Source: Priapulus caudatus (lineage: Eukaryota). From it: a stretch of 64,000 bases of DNA. Of this stretch, positions 48,036 to 62,204 are shown one piece after another (position 1 is the stretch's first letter; each line of letters opens with the position of its first letter). A model generated the notes under the pieces. That model saw nothing but the letters and a program-made list of their open reading frames with translations, searched no databases and had not been told where the DNA came from. A program made the translations under genes and the position numbers. Location of the stretch: the NCBI RefSeq assembly GCF_000485595.1, contig NW_014577081.1, positions 258,163 to 322,162 of the forward strand, in the 5' to 3' direction.

Positions 48036-51000
48036 ATTAGTGTGAAACAACGTTGAAATGGAAATAATGCCAAAAATGCCGGTGCTATATAAGTGTAAGC
48101 CCTTTTTTTAATTTCAGCGGTGCACTGAACGACCACTTAGGTCTACTCCTGCATACTAATCGCATGGGCTGACTACATGTGCAGTGACCGTGCTACCCTT
48201 GGGGAGTAGAATCTATTATGATCATGCGCGATTATTATGTATACACGAGGCGCAACGTTTCACTGGCATTCTTCCTCACGTACGTGTCCTTTCTTGGCTG
48301 ATTTCGTAAGTGTTTCTGGCTTGAGATACTGGAATACTTGTTTAGCGGGCAGTAGCTTAGGCCTTAGCTACGTACTCGGGATTTCACGAAGCAAGAGAAT
48401 ATGTCACGTAGAATGCCTGTTCTGTATTCCATGAATTTTTTCCCATTTTCATTCCAGACAAATCTTGTTATACCTAGTTTTAATTGGAAAGATGTGAACG
48501 TTTCAGCTCCGCAACTGCCAGCAGTGCACTGATTTCAGACCATACGCACGCTACACGCTATATTTAATATACAGTATATTCCATTAAATGTGGTGGTGTG
48601 CGCGCGTGTCGCGCATGTGTGGTGCGTTTAACGAAAAAACAATGCATGCGAATTTTAGGTATGTGCTTTCGGCATGTAGTTTTGTTATTTTTAACGTATA
48701 CTATATACTATATATATATATATAATATATATGTGTGTGCTGTGTGCGTCGCTGCGTGCGTGCGTCGCGTGTGTGCGTGTGCGTGTGCTGCGTGCGACGC
48801 GTTTCTAATGAATATGCTCGCCATCACATCTGCTATCTACGGTAGCATGTTGCTGCTTGTCTGTGTGCATCAGCAATAGCTGTAGCTCTAGTACTATAGC
48901 CCTTCGCTCCGTCCCATCGTCGCTTCCTGCGCGCGCGCGTGTGTGTGTGTGTGTGTGTGCGTGCGTGCGTGCGTGTTCGTGCGTGTGTGCGTGCGTGCGT
49001 GCGTGCGTGCGTGTATAGATAACCTAACTGTAATAGAATTTTAGCCTTAATTCTAACTCTAACATATGATGTGTTCGCTAGGTGCTTGATTGTCACTTGA
49101 ACCTCGAAGATCAATAGAGAATAAAGAAATAAAGCGGTTACCCGCGTTTCTTTACAAATATCATCACCAAAACTGTGTGACAAATCCCACGAATCGTGCC
49201 ATGGCACACTAGTATTGTAAACGTGAAAGGAAAAAACACATGCCTACACTAATATGCACATTACGCATGCACGCATACGCTCACATATCTAATGTTTTCA
49301 TGTTATCTAAAAACATTCATGTTAAAAACATTCTACGATTTCATCGGATAGGCCGTGAGTGTTTCATTTTTTTGTAATTAGAGTTTCTTCGTCATATACA
49401 GCATATGCATATTTGTGTATATTTCTACGCTGTCGTTTATTTCTGTCTCCTTTTTAATTACGATGTTTGAAATTATTTTATTGATTGTATCGATTTGGTA
49501 ACAGGAGCGTAGCTAACGGTGCAGGCACGTATACAGCTGCTGCCCGCTTATGACCATTAATCATGTGATTTACTGGAAACGCGGTTGATAAACCGAGATT
49601 TTGTTCAACCGATGTGTGTTACGTACTGGTGGCATGAACCAAATTTCAATTCAGTTTTCTGTTTGCGTGTTTCTGTCGATGATTGCTATATTTATGGAAT
49701 GGCCTTTATTACCTAATTGCCTATTATTTACCTAAGGAATGGCTTCATTGTTTGGCTTTCATTGGTAAGGCTTTGGATTGGTTGTAATGGCTTTCATTGG
49801 TAACTTATTTACCTATATACCTTTATTACCTAATTACCTAATTTCATTACCTAAGGAATGGCTTCATTGTTTGCTAGTGCTGTACCAACTATATACCTAC
49901 ATACCGTAAATATTGTGAATTGGATACGTATAAACTATGTGAACAGGCGGGCTATTATGACGCTTGTGTGTAATAGCAAATAGCAGTGTGACATTTCATT
50001 GCGTCTACTATATGGTTGCAATGTGCTGCATCTCTCTGGCTGTACTGGGCCCAAGCTTCCAATGATATATTAGAGCATTTGATACGCAATATACACTTTT
50101 TCTAGTTATTGAATCCTATTTATATATAGTTTATGTAGCAATATTTATGATCGAGGGATCGAGGTTTAAACGGTGCGTGCTAATGTTCACAATGTTTTAG
50201 AACTTATGATCTACGTAAAGGTGCAATACTGCGGAAACACCTTTACATTAAATATATAAAACCACGGTATTGCAAGTGCCATTACGAGCGGGTTCATAAT
50301 ATCTGCCCAACTGACAGATGTTTGACTTTAATTAACCAAGTTCTACCCTTTCTCGCTATGGAGGGCTATAAAGTGACAGTTTCAAAGCTTTGCCATCACA
50401 TTCTTACATTCTTATACCACGTCTTAGCATTCGTGGAATTAAAGCCAAACTAATCTTGCTTGAATATTTGTAAAGAGCTTCTCGTATTTTGATGATATAT
50501 CAGTTGACAGTTCATAGTCGTAGTTTGTGGACATGAACCAAGTTTCAAGTAAATTTTACGCCTATTCCTGCAATTTTCTATCACGTTTAGCTGGTAGATG
50601 CTTCAAATCTTATTTTTCCCACGACGCAGTGATTGTTTGATATGCTGCAAATTATTTGCTCGGCTGTGTTCGTTGTCATGGAAACGCCAAAGTTAGATAA
50701 CTGTTTGTGAAATCAATAGCTGTGGCTTTAAAAGCCGCTTAGCGGTTTGCAAATATGCTCTCTGCTGTGGCACCTCGGAATGAAACTGTCAGAAAATGTA
50801 CGAGATTTGCCTGTGCGCTGTCGGTCACTCCGCTCGGCCACGAGCACGGTGAACGGCATCTGCGTCAAGCGAACATCTCTCCTTGCCTTCTCACCACACG
50901 GCAAGGCCGCGGTCTGTCTAGAAACGTAATTGGCAATCACTTGGTTTTCGATGAATTTTGGCGTTTCACACCAATCATGAGTAATTTCTGCCAGTCGTGC

Positions 51001-53845
51001 TCTAGAGAAGACATGCATGGGGCCTGAGATCTCCTGGATACACTTGAGTTTCGACGTGGTGACACTTCATACCTTGCATTCATCCTTATCGTTGACCATC
51101 GTATTGTGTCGTTATCGTGGCGCGAGCTATAGTATGCCTTTTATAAAAGATGTGCGTATGGCAAATGCACTGTATGTGTATATGTACGTATACGTGTATA
51201 TGTACGTGTACGTGTATATGTATATGTACGTGTACGTGTATATGTATATGTACGTGTACACTGTATATGTACGTGTGGTTTTGTAGCAAAATGCAACCGA
51301 CAACCTGCAGTGATAGGAATAGGAAATAACTAGATTCTAGTGTAATTAAACACATGCGGCCAAACAAGTAGTTAGCTGTCTTGCTATTTAGAAAGTTAGT
51401 CTTCTGCTGCTCCTTACCGTGATGATTATATTTGTTAATTCAAAGAAATCTTTTTAATAATTTGAGCAATATTTAGCATATATAAAGTTAATAGTAAAGT
51501 TCTTGCAAGGCTTGCACATAGTAGAAACCTTTTTTTTCTTTTTTCTTTTTTTGGTAATGTAATTGGTCTTGTAATGTAAGGTCTTGTTTGGTTTTCGACT
51601 GATCTGGCTGCAATTCTGTCCTGAACAAAAACGCCTGCTGGGGGTTATGTCAATATATTCTGTCATCAATCTACCCACAGCTGTGGAGTTGGATATAGTT
51701 CAGCTCTACTCTCTTGTGACTGATATGTCTTCTTATGCGATGTGTGTCTGTATGTCTGTGGAGGGCATGTGCATTCGAACAAAAATGGTAAGAGTCGCAG
51801 AACTGGGATAAATTATAACCTCAGAGAGTCGAAGGCAGCCATCGCAACAATGATGACCATCAATGGTATTCAGCCGTACATTTGCCCAAACAGGTTCTGT
51901 GAACGTCAATTTAAAATGTTGCTTCAAAGTCGCTCTCTCTGATAACCTTTTGTAACGTTGATGTACGTTTCGTTGTTGAAATGATGAAGTAGGAATCCAA
52001 ACTTGTGTTTTAAACTGCATAAACGAATATCTGCTCACGTCACATCTCCTTGCACACAGGGACAAAGAAACGCGCACACGCGCGTTACTGGCGCGATCAC
52101 AACCAGACTCCTCCACTCCTACATATCTGTCTCCCCTTTCTCGTCTCTCTCATCTTTCTTCTATATTTTACCCCCAAAACCCCTACATCTTGAGCGCACA
52201 TGTCACCCGTTCTCCCATACCGCGTCCTACCTCCATTTCACAATGACCCTAGAAACGCCCGACCTAAAACACGTTTACCATTCTCTATATAACATCAATC
52301 TAGCCGCACAAGATGCGCGACGCTCTGTCTACGACTCTACATAGACTGCCACTAAAACAACCCTGAGTCTAGCCTTACTCCGCGTCTCTAACTAATTTAT
52401 GTAACATTTGTAAAACATATGTTACACTTTATTATATGTCCGTGTGTGTTTGTGACGTGCGTGCGTGTGTGTATATGTATGAATGTGCATGCGTGCGTGC
52501 GTGCGTGTGTGTATATATATGTAGGTATGTGCGTGCGTGCGTGCGTGTGTGCGTGCGTGTGTGCGTGTGTGTATATATGTATGTGCGTGCGTGCGTTTCG
52601 TGCGTGCGTGCGTGCGTGCGTGCGTGCGTGTATGTGTGTGTGTGGCACTACATCGGCATATACTCACTGCAGGGTTGATGTTTAGCTTCAGAAGCTGCTC
52701 GGTTATTTTTGTGCGATAAACTCTAGAATAGGGAAGTAAGAGATTATGCAGCTAGTGCTAGAGCAGCAAACGAGATGGCCAAAAATTAATTACCATAATA
52801 CGATTAGTATTCGTTGATTTGCAAGTGATTTAATAACAGCGCGGAGAGTAACACATGCAATCAAGGGAAAATGAGGCGCGCACGCCTCTCCCCTAATACT
52901 GACCCTGGCATCCCAGAAACCCCAACTATTAACAACAACGGCCTCATTATGGGCCGTTCGCTTCATTTCCACTTCCTTTTTCAACATTCGCTGACCTGAT
53001 TAAGCGGTCGTCGTGAATGCTGATATTTATGTTTGACCTTTGCGAGCACGATTGTGTATTGTCGCGGGTTCTCAAGCCATCTCGGCGTGTGCGCGCGAAC
53101 TCAGGCCGGCTTGTCCCCGTTTTCTAGGGGAGAGTGCATGGTGTGATTGTCATGCAGGGAAATCAATAAAGAGATTGGCCGTTTGATTTTTGCAGCTAGC
53201 CGAGCTTGCGAGCGTGCACGATGCCATTATGTAGCTACTAGCCACATGCGCGCTCTCGTCCCCTTTCTTGCTCTTCTTTTCCTTCTTACCTTCCTGCGTC
53301 GTTCTCCTATCTTCACTCTCTCCCTCGTTCTGCCTCTTCTTCGATGCGTGTGTGTATGTACGTGCCATGCTTCTGTGTACGTTTCACCAGTCTTCATTTC
53401 TTCCGTGTCCTTCTTTCGTCATTTACGGTGGCCTGTTTCTGTGCTTCGGGCACATCGGCTGCTAGATGTGCTCTCGCTACAGACATATTATGCTAAGAAA
53501 GCCGTATAGTCACAATGACTTTGTGCTCATGCAATATGGATGGCATTTTCTAGTATGCGAAAAATCTTATGACGTACACACTTCGCTCGGTGTGTGATGT
53601 ATTGATCCGTCTTATAATTGCAGGTTATCTATGACAATAAGGTGGCCAGGCAAATTTGCTACTCGGATGAATGTACTATGTGTCTAACATGGGTTAAACA
53701 ACTTGTTTGTCACGCCGAAGTGTTGTTTTCGTCTGTATCTGTGCGTTGAAATTTGTTGTTATTTGTTATTATTGTTGTCTGTTCTCGCGGGTGTTCAAAC
53801 GCCGGTCTTTTACGGACACATTTGTTCTTCGGCGACATATCGCAA

Positions 53846-53885
<40 letters not shown>

Positions 53886-55179
53886 GTTTTGTTATTGTTG
53901 TAACCATGTACATCGTCAATGAGGTGTGTGGAAGGGAAATATCCCACCGGGGAAGATTTTCCACTGAGTTTCCTTGTTTACGGGAGTGAGTATTGGTAGC
54001 AGGAATTCGTCACTGAGAGACTTACATCTATCCCTCTCACTGTTTTACTTCGCATGACTCATATTTTGATTCCCATGAGGTTGCCGACAAAAGGTCACGT
54101 TGTACTGTTTGTAACTTGAATGGATTCGACAGGCAGGATACATTCACACTGGTCATGGCTACCAGGCTACGTGCGTGTTGTCCGAATGATTATTCACCCG
54201 GTCGCTGCATAATTGATTCTGAACTTTAATAATTAACAGAATAGCCACTTCCATTAATATTTCATTGCGAAAAACTGCAAAGACGTGTCCATGTTTTCTA
54301 ATTTGGGCAGGAACCCTTATGATGTTGTTTTGAAGTACATGTGTCATCGGTATTGTTATGACCATCCTTTGACCGAATCCTTTAAATATTCGATTTACAT
54401 CGTCTCCACTGATGACTATGACTCTGACTGACGTAGATGAATTCAACCTAATTAGCGCATATTATTGTGAAGATTAGTGGTGTATGAAAATCTACGTGAA
54501 AGGGATTGTCATTATCATATATTTCAATTGAGACGTGTAGAATTTAATAATCATGTATATTTTCTCATATTAAATGTAATTTGCAGAACGGACATCCGTG
54601 TCAGACCGCATATTTATAATTTTATAATTTTTTTAATTTGTGTGTACTGTTTTGTGTTATTACTGCTACGCCAGGCAAGGGTATCTTAAATTTGTTTGAT
54701 GCTGATAACTCGATACTTCGTGCGTGGGGTGTATTTCTTGGCGGCAAGGTGAAGACCACTACCCATGATTTTAGCCGTTCTGATATTCACTGAAGATATA
54801 CATGGTTGATATCTAGCATGGTACTCAATGTCGTTCAAATTGAACTATTACTATATTATTATATTTAGCTAGTAAATATTTATGCAATCCAAATAGAATT
54901 AGAATAAACTTATTGCATTCTCCGTTGTTTACTCAACGAAAGCATCCAAACGTGTGAACACGTGCCTTTATTTTAAGATGGTTGCTCATTTTTCCTGCAT
55001 AAAGACTCCCGTTTTGTAATTTAGTGACTAAAAAGTGTGTAAAGTAGAGCAAGCGTGCTAGGATTACTACGGATTTTGTCACTACTCGTCTGATGCGAAC
55101 TTCGGGCGACTAAGATGTCGACAAAAAATCGTTCCTCCGGTTTACATTTACGGTAAGTTAGATCGTAGACGAACGTTGC

Positions 55180-55920
55180 GTTGGCGTTGTTCGGGGGGTG
55201 TGTAGCTCGTAGGTCGTCGCTGTGCTTGACGTCCTGTTACATCGGCGCCTCCTCATACTCTACCGCCGCCTCTGTTGCACGGCGCCAGGGAGGTTTGCTG
55301 GGGCAAATGTAATCGTATATACGAGTGCACCCTCCGAAAAGATCTGCTTATCATTTGCATCTCTCATGAAAGCGATCGGCTAACCCGCTGTTACTGTTGC
55401 TCTGCGATTGTAGTCTATGAGCGGGGGGGGGGGGGTTCAGTCGATGACCCCGCCGCTGCCGATACTCCTTTCCGCTTTCGATTCCACGTGCGTGAGCTGG
55501 GACGAGATTTCATATCGACGTCGCGTCGCTCGCGTTATTGGTTGGCTGCGCCTGGTGATCGGCAGCTGCGGCACTCATCTGGGAGGGGGATGTTCGGCGT
55601 GCAGTAGCTGCAGACGAAGCGTGTGCTGCGTGGCTGCTGCTGTTGTGCATGCACGCCGTCGTCGGTTCGCTTCGCCGTGTATATCCATCCATCCACTCGC
55701 GGCTCCGGGGTGCTATATCCGTCTCTGTGTCGGAGCGCGATTGTGTCAGTGTCTGCCAATCTTGTACGGAGTGGTGGGTGCATCGCGCTGAGATAACTCG
55801 CCGGACAGTGCTCGCGGTTTATCACCGGCAGACGCCCGATGAGGTGATCCGCACGCCGCGCAATGTGATTTGGAGCCGCGCGGAGAGCACTGCATTTACC
55901 GTTACTGATATACAGTAAGA
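55180..55920 (+). promoter_or_regulatory. CpG/GC-rich island, possible promoter and non-coding first exon
   Basis: Locally high CG density, attgg (reverse CCAAT) at ~55537, and a donor-like ca|gtaaga at ~55915. Confidence 0.35.
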
Positions 55921-58900
55921 GAAATTTCTTCGCAGTGCACGATGCCTATAGATTTACTGCCTTGTGATCGTCATCTTTGTCGCCGTGTTTTGGATATCCA
56001 GTAGACAGACCACCTATAGGATGGTGGGATTATTTATTTAGTGATGTAATTAGAAGGCAATAAGCGCGTTCATGTCGTGCCTAGTCCCGCGCAGTTTGTG
56101 ACTTTGTGATAGCGTTTGTGTTTATGTACCGTTTCTTATGGCGTATATGAAGTGTAACGATCGAACCTTGACGGGGTAATTGGGTGTCAAGAAAAAAATG
56201 AGCAGAAAATATTAAAATGCGCTGCATCCGCATTTGCATACGTTTAATGCGCGTGACCTAATTCCTTATGAATGCGGAAGATGGTTTGGATGCTCGGTGC
56301 AGCGGTGAGTATAAGAAGTGGTCGGGTGAAAATAGTTGAAACTATTTACAAATTAGTCATAATGCAGGATAGCTTTTCTAGCCAACAGTACGCCCGTGTC
56401 AGATTGTTGGCTCTGTATATAAATACGTAAATATAAATTAGGGGTCGACCGCAGCCACTGCACCCCCTATTTGCACAAGGCGGCTCTTCTATGGTGCCAG
56501 CTTCCAACTATAATGAGGGTGTTAACGACCATTCTTATATCGTTGAGGGACTGGCATCAGTTATCTATACAGAAGTGTGACCGGGCAGCAGAGAACCCCC
56601 TCCGGAGCGTTATCACGAACTAATCACTGCGGTCACTTTAAGATTAATCAGATGCTAATCTGAATGCTCATCATGATTTACATATAAATTGCGCTAATTA
56701 AAATATAAATATGAACTTTTACCCTCTAAAACGGAGAGAGTGTCGCACGAACGCGTGAAGTTGTTCCCGCATGTGAAGCCATTTCTAACGGCTGAAATCC
56801 TAGTAGGCATGCATGGTTAGATTGTGTGCTTCATCCTAGTACTGTAGAGAAAATAGCGAGAGAGAGCGTACGTATGAGAGAGGAAGAGAGAGAGAGAGGG
56901 CAGTGAGAAGGATAGAGTGCCAAAAGAGGAAGCGAAGAAAAAGGCTACGAAGCATAACAGCGAGGAAAGAAAATCGAGAAAGGGGACCGGGAAGAGATGC
57001 GGAATTTCCTTTCTAGTATGACTCATGGTCGTTATTGATTTTCGTTTGGCCGCCTGCAAAAACCAAGTTGTTCAACCTCGCAGGGAAACAACGTAAATGG
57101 TTGGGGACCTTGTAGTGAGAAAAAAACACGTTGACCGAACAACGTATAGCGACGCTCGGAGGCAACGTTGGCTTTTTACGGTGCAGGCAAATTGTGCTCT
57201 TGGCACCTCATTATTACGTCCGTGATTTGTTGAATTTGGTGATCGGCGGCGGGTGGCATGCAATAAGTACAGCTATATTCTCCTACTACCATGCTGCACG
57301 AATATTCTGCTGCATCGTGTGAGAGACGTATATGTTGCTACTGCTCTTCGCTTCACAGTACAATGCCAACTCCGGATTGAGTGAGGCGGCGGCGGGCGGG
57401 TAGAATGAATTCATATAGAAATCACGATCAATTCTATTTTTGTGCTGGTTGGTGTTGGCTCGGTGCATGGCTGCAATCATGGACATGGTGCTATTGCAGC
57501 AGACTGTACTAGGCGACGTTAGCATGCCGAGGCGCTTGCTGCATGCAGGGACGTTGGGTCGGTGCGGTCTGACGTTGGAACTTTATTTGACAATTGTTGT
57601 GTGGTGTCATTATTGCAATGACTAATTTTGCCATGTGCGTGCTTCTCTAGAGGTTCGTGGCTAGTATTTTAGCCGTTGAATGCAGGTATAGTATGTGGGC
57701 AGGTATTCATACACGTCGAGCACTGCAACACGCCAGGCTATGCCTGAAGCGTAATGTCAAATCTCAAAATGCTGGCCGCAGGGATCGTGTCCAAGATCGT
57801 GTTCTAATCTTAGATTCTGTTCCCTATGCAATGACGGGTCAATAGATGATGAACTCCACCTACTCTATGACTGCACTGCCATCAACCACATCAGAAAAAA
57901 AGATAGAAGACAAATTTATACACTTCACATTCCTAGGCAAATCATCCATAAAATGGTTATTCATCACAAATCATGTGGCCGATCTCCTCGAACTCTCAAA
58001 GTTTATCGAAGATTCATTCAAGCTACGACAAGATCCACCCACAACACAAAATGGTGAGATATACAAATAATAAACTAAATCACACCACATATCCCAAGCT
58101 AAATACAGAGAGGTTTAGACCAACAGTCGGGCTTTACTCGTCCTACATCTGAACTCAGGGCGCCTGCAGTTTCCGATACCAAACGTTACTATCTGCGGCA
58201 ACCGATACCACGCGATACTTACCGAGATAGTCTATACTCACATGAAACTTGTTCGTTAGCGTAATTTAGGAGTTTGTATTTTATTACACTAGTTTGAAGT
58301 GTTGTTGTTTTTTGGATAGAACGTTAAATTATGTTAAATAACAAAAAAACATATTATCATGTATTATGATGTAACATCACTAACATGTGTCATGCAGTCA
58401 TGTCAAAGTAGTCAAAGGCACATCGTTTCTCTCGTTTTTATTAGCCTAGGAATTTGTTTTATTGTAGTTTGTAGCATATTTGCCTGTATGATCTGCGATT
58501 ATCTGTGCAATAAACTTTGTTTGAATTTGAATTTGAATTTTGAAGTCGTATATCTTCTTCCCAGCCGTGTGAGGATGTGAGCTTTACGTAATATTTCCAC
58601 TGCATTTCGTTTCTTTACTTGCCATATTGCTCCTTGCAACTGTGTACAAAGTCGGACGAATAGCGCCAGTGGCTGCTTTTGCTAAAATATATAGACAGCG
58701 CGTTTGGTCGGCCTGGTGGTTAAATCTCGGTTACTTCGCACGCAGCTGCTCTATTCAGCAGATTTAGCCTGCTTGCTTACTGTAGGGCATCGGCACAGCA
58801 TGTACACGCTTTTCCGTGCAGTCTGATGCCTCCCAAACAGATATCTTTCCATAGTGTGTCCCTGCTCTCAAACCGCGTACAGCAAGCTGAGAGCAGTAGT

Positions 58901-59348
58901 GGTATTTTTGGAAACAGCGGAAAACTGCACTTGGGAAGCGGATTGCGTTACTGCCACGGCGACCTTGCCCGCCAGTTTTCTAAACTCGCTCGCTCTGCTT
59001 ACATGTTCTGCAGACGCTGAGCATGTTAATGGCTTCCCTGTTTCCATGGCACCCGTACACGAGCGGTGCAGCGCGCCGCGTAAAACGTTAGAGGTAATCC
59101 ATTAAAGGTGTTTTTCGCGCGGCGAATGCAATGGGCGATGTTTCTGATGAAGTTACTTCGTGTGCTAGCAGCGTAGGTAATCTATTCATAGTTCAGGAAT
59201 GCGCAGTGTGATGTACGTAGGTGGTGCATTTTTATTGTACGCCAGTTCACGCATCCAAGTGATATGATCAGATAAGTATACGTAATATGTGATAAGTGTG
59301 CAAATCCTATTATTGCAATCAAAGTGTGTAATACAGGTTGGTGCTCAC

Positions 59349-59402
59349 CATAGAAATAATATAGATAGACTATCTAGATAGTCTATCTATATTATTTCTA
59401 TG
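59349..59402. mobile_element. 54-bp perfectly palindromic hAT-like MITE
   Basis: catagaaataatatagatagactatct|agatagtctatctatattatttctatg; 8-bp TSD gtgctcac / gtcctcac; a relative at 14920-14960. Confidence 0.82.
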
Positions 59403-59479
59403 GTCCTCACTAATCCAGAGCTTGGGACCATACCGATTCCGGATTAGTGAAAATTCCTAAACCCCGAAGCTGAGGTTAA

Positions 59480-59953
59480 GGATACTGTTAGGGTTGGGAG
59501 GGGATTTTCGGTTGAAATTTCAAAAAAGGAAAAAAGCCTACATGGAATTTAAAATTTTTTTTTAATATTTTATAAGTTATGGTTCTTTATTTACGAAATT
59601 GTTGCGTTTCGAAAATTACAAATTTTCGTACTTTTTTTCAACTTATTTCCAAAATTAAAGCATTTAAAAAACTTCTAGGGACCTTTTTTTAGTTAATATT
59701 ATGAACAACTTATGGTTAAAAGTTTAGGTCCCAACTCTTTGCTGTTTCTGAGAAATAACAAAAAAACAACATTTTTTTGTATAAATTCACAATTTTTGCC
59801 GTCAATTAATTAGCGATGAATTAAAAAAAATATTTCATCAAGTGCGTAGCGAGACATCTCTCTTATGTAACTGATGAGTTTGATTGAATTTGATGAGCAG
59901 TTATTTTGCAATTCCCTTTACAGTGTTACCTGTCCGTAACCCCAACAGTAACC
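59480..59953. mobile_element. Kolobok-like non-autonomous element
   Basis: ttaa|ggatactgttagggtt ... aacccaacagtaacc|ttaa: TTAA TSD with GG..CC termini. Confidence 0.7.
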
Positions 59954-60253
59954 TTAAAAGAAGGGATGCATACAATACCAATGCAATATACATACTGCAT
60001 GCATTATTACTGGTATCAGTACAACTTATATAGAAATAAACCTGTGTGTGTGCTTACTTGTGTGTGTGTGTGTGTGCGTGTGTGCGTGCGTGCGTGCGTG
60101 CGTGCGTATGTGCGCGCTCGTGTGTGCGTGTGCGTGTGCGCATGAGCGCGTGTGTACTTGTTACGCGTTTCTAAGAATATGCTCGCCATCACATCTGCTA
60201 TCTACGGTAGTTTATGTTGCTGCATGCTTGTCGGTGTGCATCAGCAATAGCTG

Positions 60254-60298
60254 TAGCTCTAATACTATAGCCCTTCGCTCTGCCGCATACTAGAGCTA
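60254..60298. mobile_element. 45-bp micro-MITE, tagctctag family, 9-bp TSD
   Basis: tagctctaatactatagcccttcgctctgccgcatactagagcta with perfect TSD caatagctg. Confidence 0.82.
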
Positions 60299-62036
60299 CA
60301 ATAGCTGGCTCTGTGAGGAGTGAGTGTTCGCAGGCACATTTGCAACGAGTTGTGTTATATACTATGCCGCTGAACATCTCGATATGGCGGCCATAGGCTC
60401 ATAGTGAAGCCACCGGCGCTGTTGGCAGTGTGTCTTTGATTAAACGAAGCTACGAGTTGCTAATGCCTACACGACTTCTTATTAAGCAGGAGCAGTTATA
60501 TTGACGACAGCGGCGACAGATCGTATATGTATATGAATATGGATAGCGAAGTTAATTGGCACCCTCTGCTCGCCATCTGTTTATTTCATACAAGCTGCCG
60601 TCTTGGGATTAAAGTTCATGGCAAATAATTCTCTTCCTGATCGATGATGTATAAGCTGTACAATATTCGTGCGTATCACATTGCCGGGCTGTCTATGGAT
60701 ATGGGATGCATGCACGCGGCGAGGACCACGAAGGAGAACTTCGTGGATTAATTATAGTCTGTGGCGGCCGCCAGCATACAAACGAAGCAATTCTGCGTCA
60801 TCGTTGCATGATATTGAGTGTCCGACGCGAGGCTAAGTTCATGGTGTTGCATAATGCCACCAGTGGAAACGCTTTATTCGTGATAACAGATCCGTGTTTT
60901 GGGGCATGCTGTAGTGCTAGTAGGGGAAGCAAGTAAGTATGTGAGTAAGTAAGTACTCTTTATTTTCATCGGTACAGGACATACAGAATAACATGAGCTC
61001 TTGAAATAGCTCTTAAACCGATCTCAAACAAATGTATGATAACAGAATATATGGTAGTATGACATGACTTAGAAAGGATTTTGTTACATATCACATTTGA
61101 GACAGATAAAATGATTAAAATTGATGAAATGATAAAAAAAGACAAGATCTGAATCTGAAAACAATGAACAGTGGAAATTCTAAGCATTCTCTCGTGAGTT
61201 ACTCATTTAGTAATAAATTGGTAGACTGGCGGGCCTATTGATGTCTGTAGTACTAGCCGGGACTTATTCTGAGCACTGTGAGTCATTTAACAATAGGCTG
61301 GTATTCGGTAGCGTGCAACCGGTTTCTTGGGAACAGAGAAAGGGTTATGGGTGACACGTGTGAACTAGGGTAGGGGTATAAATACTATGTTTGATTGAGA
61401 ATCGAGGAGTCAGTGGTAGTTGTAATCGAGGCCAGACTGTTTGGTGCGCGTGTTTTGAAATAATACACTGCTCTGTAGTATTTTGAGTTTTCTATTATAA
61501 ATCCTAAATTGTATTATATATACACTCTGCTGTAATAATTAACCCAGTTACACTGAATATTAATTATTTTTGATGTAGGGAAGTGAAATGTCACAGTGAG
61601 GGCATGTTCTGATTATCCAGCGAGGCTATGGTCCTTCTATTCCTGAATGAAGACCGGCAGATGATGCGTGAATGCATGACTGTAGCAGATATTAATGCCA
61701 AATCTGTTAACTGTATGTATATATATATATATATATATATATAAACATATATATTACAGTGATCAATAAAGAGTTAGGTTGCGCATACATAATATAAGCT
61801 CACATAGCGCAAACTTGGAAGCTGCTCCGTGTCTAGGGACCCGCATGCATTATGCAACAGATGCATTGACGTCAGTGCCTCTGCTGTGTGCTGAAGCCTT
61901 CTGCTCACCCTCTCTGCTGCCCCATCTATACTCACTTATCACAAATGCTTCTTGTGTAGTAGTTTTGGGGACGGCGACCTTTAGAAATAGGCATTTCATT
62001 GAGTATCAAAGCCTGTCAGCCGTCGATTGATAGGCG

Positions 62037-62204
62037 GCCAGCTCTACTAGCTATCTGCCAGCTCTACTAGCTATCTGCCAGCTCTACTAGCTATCTGCCA
62101 GCTCTACTAGCTATCTGCCAGCTCTACTAGTTATCTGCCAGCTCTACTGGTTGTCTGTTAGCTCTACTAGTTATCTGCCAGCTCTACTGGTTGTCTGTTA
62201 GCTC
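62037..62204. repeat. 20-bp minisatellite (gctctactagctatctgcca), about 8 units
   Basis: Direct inspection. Confidence 0.96.

Noticed and set aside
52397..52719. Cys/Val- or His/Thr-rich ORFs (also at 2397-2846, 11070-11585, 48598-49207 and 59906-60293)
   Set aside because: (TG)n/(TGCG)n microsatellites, not metallothionein-like genes.
61239..61552. LTR-like segment (tataaat, agtcagt, ending gttaca)
   Set aside because: No TSD, no matching 5' terminus and no second copy.
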